A DNA stretch of 64,000 bases, taken from assembly GCA_004297215.1 (NCBI GenBank), contig SCUM01000001.1, positions 742,716 through 806,715 of the forward strand, read 5' to 3'. A program made the position numbers and the translations under genes. The notes below the pieces were generated by a model, which had not been told where the DNA came from, searched no databases, and saw nothing but the letters and a program-made list of their open reading frames with translations. Each line of letters begins with the position of its first letter. Positions within the stretch are counted from its first letter, which is position 1. This stretch comes from Patescibacteria group bacterium (GTDB taxonomy: Bacteria > Patescibacteriota > Patescibacteriia > UBA9934 > GWF2-40-263). Shown piece by piece: positions 52,487-59,685 of the stretch.

Positions 52487-53437
52487 ATGCCCGAACAAGA
52501 ATGGGTCACCCAGGTCACGGCAGATGAGAGCGGGGAATGGTCCGCGCAGGTCGTTTCGGACGTGCCCTCGGGCATGCACACGATCACGGTCCTCGGCGAG
52601 GACGGCACCCGCTCCGACTCGCTCCTGTACGTGGACCGGGAAACGACCGAGGGCGAGGGCCGGCTCCTGTCCGGCGGGCTGTTCGTTTCCCGCACCGACG
52701 CGGTGGTGCCGCCCGCCTTCGCGCTGTCCATGTTCGTGTTCCTCACCGTCATCGTGCTGCTCGCGATCAACGGCGTGCGCCTCGGGCGCAAGACCGATAA
52801 GGCGGAGCGGCGTACGAGGGAAACGGCCCGACATCATCACGGTCGCAACGCCATGGTCGTATGCGTGATCGGCGTGGCCGCGTCGTTCTTCGTGGGCGTG
52901 CTCGTGAACCAGAGCGTGGGGGTGTTCGACCGGTTCTTTCCGGCGCCCGTCGCGCGAACGGTGCGCCTGTCGCTTTCCGGGGCAGTGATCGATCCCATCA
53001 CCTCGAGGCCGGTCGCGGGCGTGGACGTCGCCGCGGGGGACACGGCCGTGCGCACCGACGACGCCGGCCGCTTCGCCTTCTCTGACGTCGACGCCGAGCA
53101 GGGCATGCGCCTCACGCATCCCGCGCTCGCGCGCGCCCTGCGCGTGCGTTTTCCCAAGAGCATCGTCGAGGCCGACCGCTCGCGCGTGAGCGCCTTCCCG
53201 GTGTACGTCCCGTTCGACGCGGCCATGTACAACGCGCTCATCTACGCCGTGGACGCCGATGCCAGGGCGGGCCGCGGCATCTGGAGCCCGGGCGACCTGG
53301 GGGACCAGGAACTCGACCTCGTCGAGGTCACCGCGGACGCCGCCAAAGCAACGGTGGACGCGATCGTCGGCAACGACGGGAACAGCGCGACGTACCGATT
53401 GAGGAAGGAAGGGGACGGATGGAACGTCGTTCCCTAG
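52487..53437 (+). CDS. Continuation: Ig-like domain remainder + TM, basic loop, TM, carboxypeptidase-regulatory-like domain (membrane-anchor module)
   Basis: Same frame as the upstream ORF, separated by TAG + one codon. EWVTQVTADESGEWSAQVVSDVPSGMHTITVLGEDG completes an Ig-like fold. TM helices FALSMFVFLTVIVLLAINGV and AMVVCVIGVAASFFVGVLV. Then SGAVIDPITSRPVAGVDVAAGDTAVRTDDAGRFAF. Confidence 0.6.
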   Translation: MPEQEWVTQVTADESGEWSAQVVSDVPSGMHTITVLGEDGTRSDSLLYVDRETTEGEGRLLSGGLFVSRTDAVVPPAFALSMFVFLTVIVLLAINGVRLGRKTDKAERRTRETARHHHGRNAMVVCVIGVAASFFVGVLVNQSVGVFDRFFPAPVARTVRLSLSGAVIDPITSRPVAGVDVAAGDTAVRTDDAGRFAFSDVDAEQGMRLTHPALARALRVRFPKSIVEADRSRVSAFPVYVPFDAAMYNALIYAVDADARAGRGIWSPGDLGDQELDLVEVTADAAKATVDAIVGNDGNSATYRLRKEGDGWNVVP

Positions 53438-53446
53438 GCCGGGTCC

Positions 53447-53515
53447 CTTGACCCGGCCCTGCCTTGACCCTTGACCCGGCCCTGCCTTGACCCGGCAGAC
53501 GGGATTGATTAAGAT
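53447..53515 (+). promoter_or_regulatory. Tandem CTTGACCCGGCCCTGC repeats (4 TTGACC boxes) and the promoter of the rpsF-ssb-rpsR operon
   Basis: CTTGACCCGGCCCTGC x2 plus CTTGACC plus CTTGACCCGGCAG. The last TTGACC, a 17-nt spacer, then TAAGAT, about 70 nt upstream of rpsF. Confidence 0.55.
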
Positions 53516-53584
53516 GCCCGCGATCATTATTCATCTGTCCATGGCCGAAAAACGGCCGCTCGGTTCCCCCCGGGCCAGACCCAT

Positions 53585-54094
53585 ATGAAGTTTTACGAAT
53601 TCCTCTACATCCTCCCGAGCAAGTACGCCGAGAACGAGATCGACCCCGTCGTGAAGGCCGTGACCGAGATGACACAGAAGGCTGGCGCAGAGGTCGTGAA
53701 GACCACGGTGCTCGGCCGCCTCAAGCTGGCGTATGCGATCGAAGGGTCCCGGTACGGCACGTACGTGCTCACCTATTTCAACGCCGAGCCTGCCGCCTTG
53801 CAGGCGCTCGATCGCGCCTTGTCCCTTTCCGACGAAGTGCTGCGCCACACCATCCTTTCGGCCAAGGCCGGGGATGAGTCGAAGAAGGTCGAGCTCTCCG
53901 CCTACGTCGCGCCTCTCTCCGAGGAGGCCCGCGAGGAGCGCGCTCCCGACCGCCGCCCTGCGCCGCCGCGCGCCGCCGCCCCGGTCTCCGCCGTCGCAGC
54001 CGCGGTGAAGCCCGCCGAGCCCGCCATGTCCATCGAAGAACTCGACAAGAAGCTCGACGAGATCCTAGATTCGGATATTTCAAAAGGAGTTTAA
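53585..54094 (+). CDS. rpsF: 30S ribosomal protein S6 with Ala/Pro-rich C-terminal extension
   Basis: MKFYEFLYILPSKYAENEIDPVVKAV...YGTYVLTYFNAEP. The S6 fold occupies the first ~100 aa, followed by a low-complexity tail. Confidence 0.9.
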   Translation: MKFYEFLYILPSKYAENEIDPVVKAVTEMTQKAGAEVVKTTVLGRLKLAYAIEGSRYGTYVLTYFNAEPAALQALDRALSLSDEVLRHTILSAKAGDESKKVELSAYVAPLSEEAREERAPDRRPAPPRAAAPVSAVAAAVKPAEPAMSIEELDKKLDEILDSDISKGV

Positions 54095-54096
54095 CA

Positions 54097-54177
54097 TGCT
54101 ACGAACCAACGAACGGCTACGAAACTACTAAAATACCTTTTGTTCGTAGTTTCGTAGCCCGTTCGAAGGTTCGTAAC
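54097..54177. repeat. CTACGAA-heptamer hairpin between rpsF and ssb
   Basis: GCTACGAACCAACGAACGGCTACGAAACTAC..loop..GTTCGTAGTTTCGTAGCCCGTTCGAAGGTTCGTAAC. Confidence 0.75.
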
Positions 54178-54184
54178 ACCACCT

Positions 54185-54685
54185 ATGTACTCTCTCAACC
54201 GCGCCACCATCCTCGGCAACGTCACGCGCGACCCGGAGCTGCGTCAGACCGGCTCGGGCCAGAGCGTGTGTTCCTTCTCCGTGGCCACCAACCGCAACTG
54301 GACCGACGCCGCGGGCGCCAAGCAGGAGGCGGTCGAGTTCCATAACTGCGTGGCCTGGGCCAAGCTCGCCGAGATCTGCGGCTCCTACCTCGCCAAAGGC
54401 CGCAAGGTGTACGTCGACGGGCGCCTCCAGACCCGCGAGTGGGACGGCCAGGACGGCCAGAAGCGCCGCACCACCGAGATCGTCGTCGAGAACATGATCA
54501 TCCTCGATCGGGCCGGCACGGTCGCCGGGACCCCGGCAGCCGGCTCCGCCGCGCCTGCTGCGAACCGATTCTCCGCCCCGCCGTCTCCGCCTGTCCCCCG
54601 AAGCTTCAGCGAAGGGGGGAAGGCCAAGGACGACCCGGCCCCGAACCCGGACGACGAGATCAAGGTGGAGGATATTCCTTTTTAA
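54185..54685 (+). CDS. ssb: Single-stranded DNA-binding protein
   Basis: MYSLNRATILGNVTRDPELRQTGSG..VAWAKLAEICGSYLAKGRKVYVDGRLQTREW, OB fold. Acidic tail DDEIKVEDIPF. Contains an in-frame repeat insertion (PRSFSEGG). Confidence 0.92.
   Translation: MYSLNRATILGNVTRDPELRQTGSGQSVCSFSVATNRNWTDAAGAKQEAVEFHNCVAWAKLAEICGSYLAKGRKVYVDGRLQTREWDGQDGQKRRTTEIVVENMIILDRAGTVAGTPAAGSAAPAANRFSAPPSPPVPRSFSEGGKAKDDPAPNPDDEIKVEDIPF
54596..54624. repeat. CCGAAGCTTCAGCGAAGGGGGG repeat inserted in frame in the ssb C-terminal tail
   Basis: Same 18-mer as polA 871-888. Encodes PRSFSEGG in both proteins. Confidence 0.7.
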
Positions 54686-54686
54686 A

Positions 54687-54755
54687 GTGCGTAGGTGGTA
54701 GTACGTAGTGCGTAGGATTTATTTTCTACGCACTACTGACTACGCACTACGTACT
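54687..54755. repeat. ACTACGY-heptamer hairpin between ssb and rpsR
   Basis: AGTGCGTAGGTGGTAGTACGTAGTGCGTAGG..loop..TACGCACTACTGACTACGCACTACGTACT, nearly identical to the arm at 33429. Confidence 0.8.
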
Positions 54756-54768
54756 CCTTCATAAAACT

Positions 54769-55002
54769 ATGCGCAACACCTCCAACAACCCCATGCAGAA
54801 GCAGCGACATTGCCACTTCTGTGCCAACAAGATCGACGAAGTGGACTACAAGGATGTCACCCTCATCCGCCGCTTCCTGTCTTCCTTCGCGAAGATCGTG
54901 GCGCGCAAGCGTTCCGGCGTGTGCATGAAGCACCAGCGCCAGCTCGCGAACGCCGTGAAGCGCGCCCGCATCATGGCGCTCGTCCCGTTCGTGCAGCGTT
55001 GA
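54769..55002 (+). CDS. rpsR: 30S ribosomal protein S18
   Basis: 77 aa, ..CHFCANKIDEVDYKDVTLIRRFLSSFAKIVARKRSGVCMKHQRQLANAVKRAR. Confidence 0.95.
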   Translation: MRNTSNNPMQKQRHCHFCANKIDEVDYKDVTLIRRFLSSFAKIVARKRSGVCMKHQRQLANAVKRARIMALVPFVQR

Positions 55003-55009
55003 GAGAAGC

Positions 55010-56059
55010 ATGCGCCGCGTCCAGGACATCGCTTCTGAACGACAACGATTGAACGACCTCATCCGGTCGTTCTTTCGGTCTAGGGGCTATGCCGAAGTGG
55101 AAACGCCCACGCTGGTCGCGAGCCCAGACCTCGCGCCGAACTTTACCTATTTCGAGACGACGCTCGTCGCCCCGGGAGAGAAGCCGCGGCAGGGGGCGCT
55201 CATCACGAGCCCCGAGTTTTCCATGAAGAAGCTGCTCGGGCAGGGAATGGAAAAGATCTTCACGCTCGCTCGCGTCTTCCGCAACGACGAGGACCTGGGC
55301 GGCACCCCTTCGACAGGCTCAGGGCAGGTGCACAACCCGGAGTTCACCATGCTTGAGTGGTACAAGCAGGGCGCGGACTATCACGAGATGATGGATGAGA
55401 CGGAAGCGTTGGTGCGCGAGGCTTGCGCGGCGTTCTCAAAGCCAGCTACCTCCCCCTTGGAAAGGGGGGAGCCTGCCTGCCGGCAGGCAGGCATGAGGGG
55501 GTCTGCGGGCGCCTTCAGGCGCCTACGCGTCCGCGACCTGTTGCTCGACACCGCCGGCGTGGATCTCGACACGGCCTCCGCTGCCGACCTCGCCGAGGCC
55601 TGCGACCGGCTCGGCCTGCACCGCGACGCGGCAGACACCGAGAGCGACCTGTTCTACCGCCTGTTCCTCGCGAAAGCGGAACCGTCGATCGGCACGGTCC
55701 CCACGTTCGTCTACGACTATCCGCTCTGCCAGGCGGCGCTTGCGGCAAAGACGGCGGACGGGAAATACGCGCAGCGCGTCGAGCTCTATGTCGACGGGGT
55801 CGAACTCGCGAACGGCTTCACGGAACTCACGGACGCGACCGAACAACGCGCCCGATTCGAGGCGGAACGCGCCGAGCGCGTCGCGTCCGGGAAGAGCGCG
55901 TTCCCCGTTGACGAGGAACTGCTCGCGCTGCTACCATCCGTCCGTTCTCCGACGTACGGCAACGCGCTCGGCATCGACCGGCTGCACATGCTGTGCATCG
56001 GCACCAAGGAAATCGGGGATGTCCTGCTGTTCCCGGCAAGTAAATTATTTAAGGCATGA
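55010..56059 (+). CDS. epmA: EF-P lysine-34 beta-lysyl ligase EpmA (PoxA/GenX, class II LysRS paralog)
   Basis: HNPEFTMLEWY, VELANGFTELTDATEQRARFE, GNALGIDRLHMLC match PoxA. About 350 aa with no anticodon-binding domain. Immediately upstream of efp. Confidence 0.85.
   Translation: MRRVQDIASERQRLNDLIRSFFRSRGYAEVETPTLVASPDLAPNFTYFETTLVAPGEKPRQGALITSPEFSMKKLLGQGMEKIFTLARVFRNDEDLGGTPSTGSGQVHNPEFTMLEWYKQGADYHEMMDETEALVREACAAFSKPATSPLERGEPACRQAGMRGSAGAFRRLRVRDLLLDTAGVDLDTASAADLAEACDRLGLHRDAADTESDLFYRLFLAKAEPSIGTVPTFVYDYPLCQAALAAKTADGKYAQRVELYVDGVELANGFTELTDATEQRARFEAERAERVASGKSAFPVDEELLALLPSVRSPTYGNALGIDRLHMLCIGTKEIGDVLLFPASKLFKA
55450..55508. repeat. Full composite palindromic repeat inserted in frame inside epmA
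   Basis: CTCCCCCTTGGAAAGGGGGGAG + CCTGCCTGCCGGCAGGCAGG + CATGAGGGGGTCTGCGG, encoding ..TSPLERGEPACRQAGMRGSAG... Confidence 0.85.
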
Positions 56060-56128
56060 AGGCCTCAGGCGTTAAGGCTTCAGGATTTCCTGCGGCCTTG
56101 TCCGCCTAAGGCCTTGTCCGCCTCCCCT

Positions 56129-56692
56129 ATGTCCCCCAACGACATCAAGAAAGGCACCGTCATCCGTTTCAACGGCGACTTGTGGATCGTGATGGACTTC
56201 CAGCGCGTCTCCCCCGGCAAAGGGAGCTCGTTCGTGCGCACGAAGATGAAGAACCTCAAGACCGGCAAGGCGGTCGAGAACAACTTCAAGTCCGCCGAGA
56301 ACCTGGAGTTCGAGGACGTGCAGTACAAGAAGATGCAGTACCTGTTCACCGATGGGAACCTGTACACCTTCATGGACAACCAGACCTACGAGCAGGTCAC
56401 CCTGTCCGCCTCCGACATCGGGGATGACGTGAAGTACCTCAAGGAAGGGATCGAGGTCACCATCCTCACCTACAACGACCTTCCGCTCACCATCCAGCTC
56501 CCCAAGAAGATCGAGTTCACCGTGAAGGACACCGAACCGGCCGTGAAGGGCGACACCGCCTCCGGCAACGTCACCAAGGAAGCGTTCATGGACAACGGCC
56601 TCATGGTGAAGGTGCCCATCTTCGTCAGCGAAGGCGACGTGATCATCGTGAACACCGAGGACGGCAGCTACGCCGAGCGCGTCGCCAAGTGA
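56129..56692 (+). CDS. efp: Elongation factor P
   Basis: MSPNDIKKGTVIRFNGDLWIVMDFQRVSPGKGSSFVRTKMKNLKTGK.., three OB-like domains. The ATG at 56129 is preferred over the TTG at 56114. Confidence 0.95.
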   Translation: MSPNDIKKGTVIRFNGDLWIVMDFQRVSPGKGSSFVRTKMKNLKTGKAVENNFKSAENLEFEDVQYKKMQYLFTDGNLYTFMDNQTYEQVTLSASDIGDDVKYLKEGIEVTILTYNDLPLTIQLPKKIEFTVKDTEPAVKGDTASGNVTKEAFMDNGLMVKVPIFVSEGDVIIVNTEDGSYAERVAK

Positions 56693-56749
56693 TTCGGCTC
56701 TAGGCCGAATCATCCTGAAGCCCATCAGGGCTGAAGGATCTCGTGAAAG

Positions 56750-56777
56750 AAAAAACCGGCCCGTGAGGGTCGGTTTC
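56750..56777 (-). terminator. Hairpin terminator downstream of the aminotransferase gene
   Basis: AACCGGCC-CGTGAG-GGTCGGTT with a T-run on the minus strand. Same hairpin sequence family as 58153-58180. Confidence 0.6.
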
Positions 56778-56780
56778 GCG

Positions 56781-57710
56781 TCAGAGGGCATCGTCGATGA
56801 CCGCGAGCAGGCGGCGGATCGAGGCCGGCGATACGTCGAGCGGGATGCGGATGAAGTTGCCGGGACAGGAGAGATGCGGGGCTCCATTGATGATGACACC
56901 GTCGTGTCCCAAAAGGGCCATCTCCAGGTTTTCCCGTTCTCCCGTGTGGAGCACGCCGAAGTTGGTTCGGGACGAGCGCCAATCGAGATCCTTCTTGCCA
57001 ACGGCCCACGCCGCGATCGCGCGGTCGTTCGACTGGATCCGTTCGAGGAGTCTGGCGGGAGTCTTCTTGTCTTCGAGCAGGTGTTGGATCTTCCGAAGCG
57101 AACTGATGCCAGGCGTATGCGTGAACAGATGCAGGTCGAGCGGAAAGCATGGCATGACGACATATCCTACACGGTCCACGACTGCCCCGTGCGTCTTCGA
57201 GAACGACCGTACGACGGCCACGGTCTTGCCCGCTCCGGCCTGTCCGAGCCACCTCACCCCCAAGCGCTTCTCGGCGATGAGCGTCTGGTCAATGATGCAA
57301 AGCTGGTCCGCGTCGAGGGAAGCGAATAATCGTTTCAGGTCTCGGGATGGATAGATCGTCCCGAGCGGGTTGTTCGGCAGCGACAGGTAAAGCGCCTGCG
57401 GTTTACATTCCCCAACGAACCGCAGGAAGTCATCAAGCGAGTTCGCGGCGGACTGCGGAGGTCGGATGGTCCTGTGGCCGTGCAGAGCCGCTATCACGTG
57501 GATGTCGTAGTATTCGTACGGCATCGCGGCGATCATGGAGCCTTTCGGCAGTGCTCCGAACAGGAGGTCGATCGCACCGGTGGCCCCGCAGGTCACGGTA
57601 ATCTGGTCGGCCCGGCACCCTTCGTGCCGCGCAATGGCCCTCCGACTTGCCTTCAGGCGTTCCATATACGGGCCGTACCCGTCGCCAAAACGGAGATCGA
57701 CAGTCTTCAT
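56781..57710 (-). CDS. PLP-dependent aminotransferase, class I/II (HisC/CobD-like)
   Basis: 309 aa. PLP-lysine motif SFSKTHG, NNPLGT, fold-type I pattern. Good SD (GGGAGGA) 6 nt upstream of the ATG at 57710. Confidence 0.7.
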   Translation of the reverse strand: MKTVDLRFGDGYGPYMERLKASRRAIARHEGCRADQITVTCGATGAIDLLFGALPKGSMIAAMPYEYYDIHVIAALHGHRTIRPPQSAANSLDDFLRFVGECKPQALYLSLPNNPLGTIYPSRDLKRLFASLDADQLCIIDQTLIAEKRLGVRWLGQAGAGKTVAVVRSFSKTHGAVVDRVGYVVMPCFPLDLHLFTHTPGISSLRKIQHLLEDKKTPARLLERIQSNDRAIAAWAVGKKDLDWRSSRTNFGVLHTGERENLEMALLGHDGVIINGAPHLSCPGNFIRIPLDVSPASIRRLLAVIDDAL

Positions 57711-57836
57711 GCGTCCTCCCGTTACTTGGATTGCATTGGATTGTGAAAGAAGGACGCACCGTAACGGAAAAAGCGCATTCTGTCAATCTCCTATGGGTGG
57801 CACAGAAACGAACAAAGATTCATCCACTTCCGTTCA

Positions 57837-57865
57837 TTGACAGAAGGACGAAATCATGATTGAAT
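57837..57865 (+). promoter_or_regulatory. Candidate promoter with extended -10 in a gene-free interval
   Basis: TTGACA, 17-nt spacer, TGATTGAAT. It would start a plus-strand transcript that meets a terminator 45-90 nt downstream. Confidence 0.35.
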
Positions 57866-57906
57866 GGCAACAGCTGGATGAGGCAACGTGCTCAATCTCC
57901 CGGTGT

Positions 57907-57958
57907 CACGAATAAGACCCACGACCTTCAAAAAGTCGACGGGTCTTATTCGTTTTTT
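57907..57958 (+). terminator. Rho-independent terminator (plus strand)
   Basis: ACGAATAAGACCC...GGGTCTTATTCGTTTTTT. Confidence 0.7.
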
Positions 57959-57959
57959 G

Positions 57960-58150
57960 GCCCCGGGCCGTGTGAGTGAGGAGGGCCTATGGAGGCGACA
58001 CCTCAGTGTCGTCCTGAGGAGTCTCAACGACCAAGGATCTCGAGGTCCTTCGCTCTGCTCAGGATGACACTGACGTGTCGGTTCGACTCCCGCGAGGTCC
58101 ACCAACCTTCGCTCTGCGGAGTTTCGGTTGGCGTAGCCGCGGCCCGGGAC
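57960..58150 (+). ncRNA. Candidate structured small RNA with tRNA-like 3' end (GGTTCGACTCC...GAGGTCCACCA); identity unresolved
   Basis: 190-nt interval between two terminators with no plausible ORF. The ends pair (GCCCCGGGCCG / CGGCCCGGGAC). A 15-bp internal stem (CAGTGTCGTCCTGAG / CTCAGGATGACACTG). T-loop-like GGTTCGACTCC followed by GGTCCACCA. Confidence 0.3.
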
Positions 58151-58152
58151 CA

Positions 58153-58180
58153 AGAAAACCGACCTCTGAGGGTCGGTTTT
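58153..58180. terminator. Bidirectional hairpin terminator
   Basis: AAAACCGACC-TCTGAG-GGTCGGTTTTCG, with an A-run 5' and a T-run 3'. Confidence 0.7.
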
Positions 58181-58208
58181 CGCTTCTGGCCAACACCGGG
58201 CGTTGGAG

Positions 58209-59663
58209 TTAGAACGCATCGTTGAAGACGCGCGCAAGCGCCTCGATCTCCTGCCGCGTTTCGGTGCCGGCACTGATGCGCAAGAACGGCGGAGTCCCTT
58301 CCACGGCGTGGAGAGCGGTGAGATAGACGCGCGTCACGTCGAAGCCGAAGCTGGTGCCGGCCGTGAGGTCGAGTCCTTCTTGCTTGGCTCCGGCGATGGC
58401 GCGGGAGAGGAACCGGCGGGCGAGCTTCACGGTCGATCCCAGGTCGCGGAACGTGACCGTAAGGTTTCCGCCGCAAAATGGCAGGCCGTTCGTCCAAGCG
58501 CGTCCTGGGTAGGAGGGGAGTCCTGGGTAGACGACGGTCCGCGCGGAAGATGGCGCGTCCTCGAGCGCTCGGGCGAGGATGAGCGCGTTTCGTTCGATGC
58601 GGGCGAGCCGCTTGAGGAGTCGCGGTCGGTCAGGTCGGGGGAGCGCATGGACAGACGCGTCGGGGAGCACGGTGCCGCCGTGCATGCGGGCCGACCACAA
58701 TCTCCTCGTGCTGCCGATCGGTCCCCACACGATGCCGCCCGTGACCCGGTCGAACCCGTGCTCGTGGTACTTGTTCAGGCTCTCTAGGACGAGCAGTTTC
58801 GCGTGCCCGAGCACGGGAAACACCCTGAGCGGTTGGCATGCGGGGCCCAGCGCGCTGTTGTCGAGCACGAGACAGGCGTCTTTGGGCAGGGCGCGGCAGA
58901 GCCCGGGTACGAGCGTTTTGAGGTCTGGGAGCGGCAGGTCTGGCGCGTTGCACAGCGTGTCGAGAAACACGGCATGCGGCTGGATCGCCTTGGCGCGCGC
59001 GACGACTCCGACGGCATCCATCTCGTCCGCTTCCACGATGCGGCCAGGGAACAGCCCCTTAAGCAGCGTGCGGTTCTCGAAATAGGATCGCCGCCCAACG
59101 AGGATCGGGCCGCACGCGAGCGTGCCGCGCATCATGAGCGCCATCACCACGGTGGAAAGCGCCGCCATCCCGCTTACGGTGGCATACGCGGTTACGGGGA
59201 CGAGCGCCGAGCCGTCCACGTAGGCCTTCACGAACGCGCGCTCGTACGCGGCGGCGTCCATGTGGTGGTCGCGCTTGTAATCGTTGACCGTGCCGCGGAT
59301 GCGTCCCTCCTGCAGTCCTGCCTGTGAGCGCCGCGCGTGCATGAACGACGGCGACTGCCAGTCGGGCGCGGCTCGCGCGCCGGCGAACCGGCCATAGAGC
59401 GAGCGAAGGCGGTCGTGCGCGGTCGCCTTGAGTTCGCGCAGGCGCGGGATGTCGTCTTGCGTCCACCGCGGACGGCCCGCAAGCGCCGGCTCGAGTTCGC
59501 TCGACAGGAGTCCGCATGCCTGGGCAAGCGCCGCGCCCTCCATGCGCCCATCGAACTCCTTGAGACGGTCCCTCAGGTCCGACATGAGCGAGAAACGCTC
59601 CTCGAGGTCGGCCTGGAGGTCATTGAGCGTCTCGTCCGCCTGTGCTTCCCCGCGCGTGGTCAT
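58209..59663 (-). CDS. PLP-dependent enzyme of the Cys/Met-metabolism (cystathionine gamma-synthase/beta-lyase-like) family with N-terminal extension
   Basis: YATVSGMAALSTVVMALMMRG..LVGRRSYFENRTLL, DNSALGPACQ, LESLNKYHEHGFDRVTGG (PLP-lysine context). About 140 aa of extra N-terminal sequence. Confidence 0.6.
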   Translation of the reverse strand: MTTRGEAQADETLNDLQADLEERFSLMSDLRDRLKEFDGRMEGAALAQACGLLSSELEPALAGRPRWTQDDIPRLRELKATAHDRLRSLYGRFAGARAAPDWQSPSFMHARRSQAGLQEGRIRGTVNDYKRDHHMDAAAYERAFVKAYVDGSALVPVTAYATVSGMAALSTVVMALMMRGTLACGPILVGRRSYFENRTLLKGLFPGRIVEADEMDAVGVVARAKAIQPHAVFLDTLCNAPDLPLPDLKTLVPGLCRALPKDACLVLDNSALGPACQPLRVFPVLGHAKLLVLESLNKYHEHGFDRVTGGIVWGPIGSTRRLWSARMHGGTVLPDASVHALPRPDRPRLLKRLARIERNALILARALEDAPSSARTVVYPGLPSYPGRAWTNGLPFCGGNLTVTFRDLGSTVKLARRFLSRAIAGAKQEGLDLTAGTSFGFDVTRVYLTALHAVEGTPPFLRISAGTETRQEIEALARVFNDAF

Positions 59664-59685
59664 GCCATGTTAGGATGGGCTCGTT

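Noticed and set aside
57960-58130. tmRNA (ssrA) assignment for the tRNA-like 3' element
   Set aside because: Only about 150-190 nt is available, no tag-peptide reading frame or resume codon context was found, and the 5' acceptor pairing is imperfect. Kept only as an unassigned ncRNA candidate.
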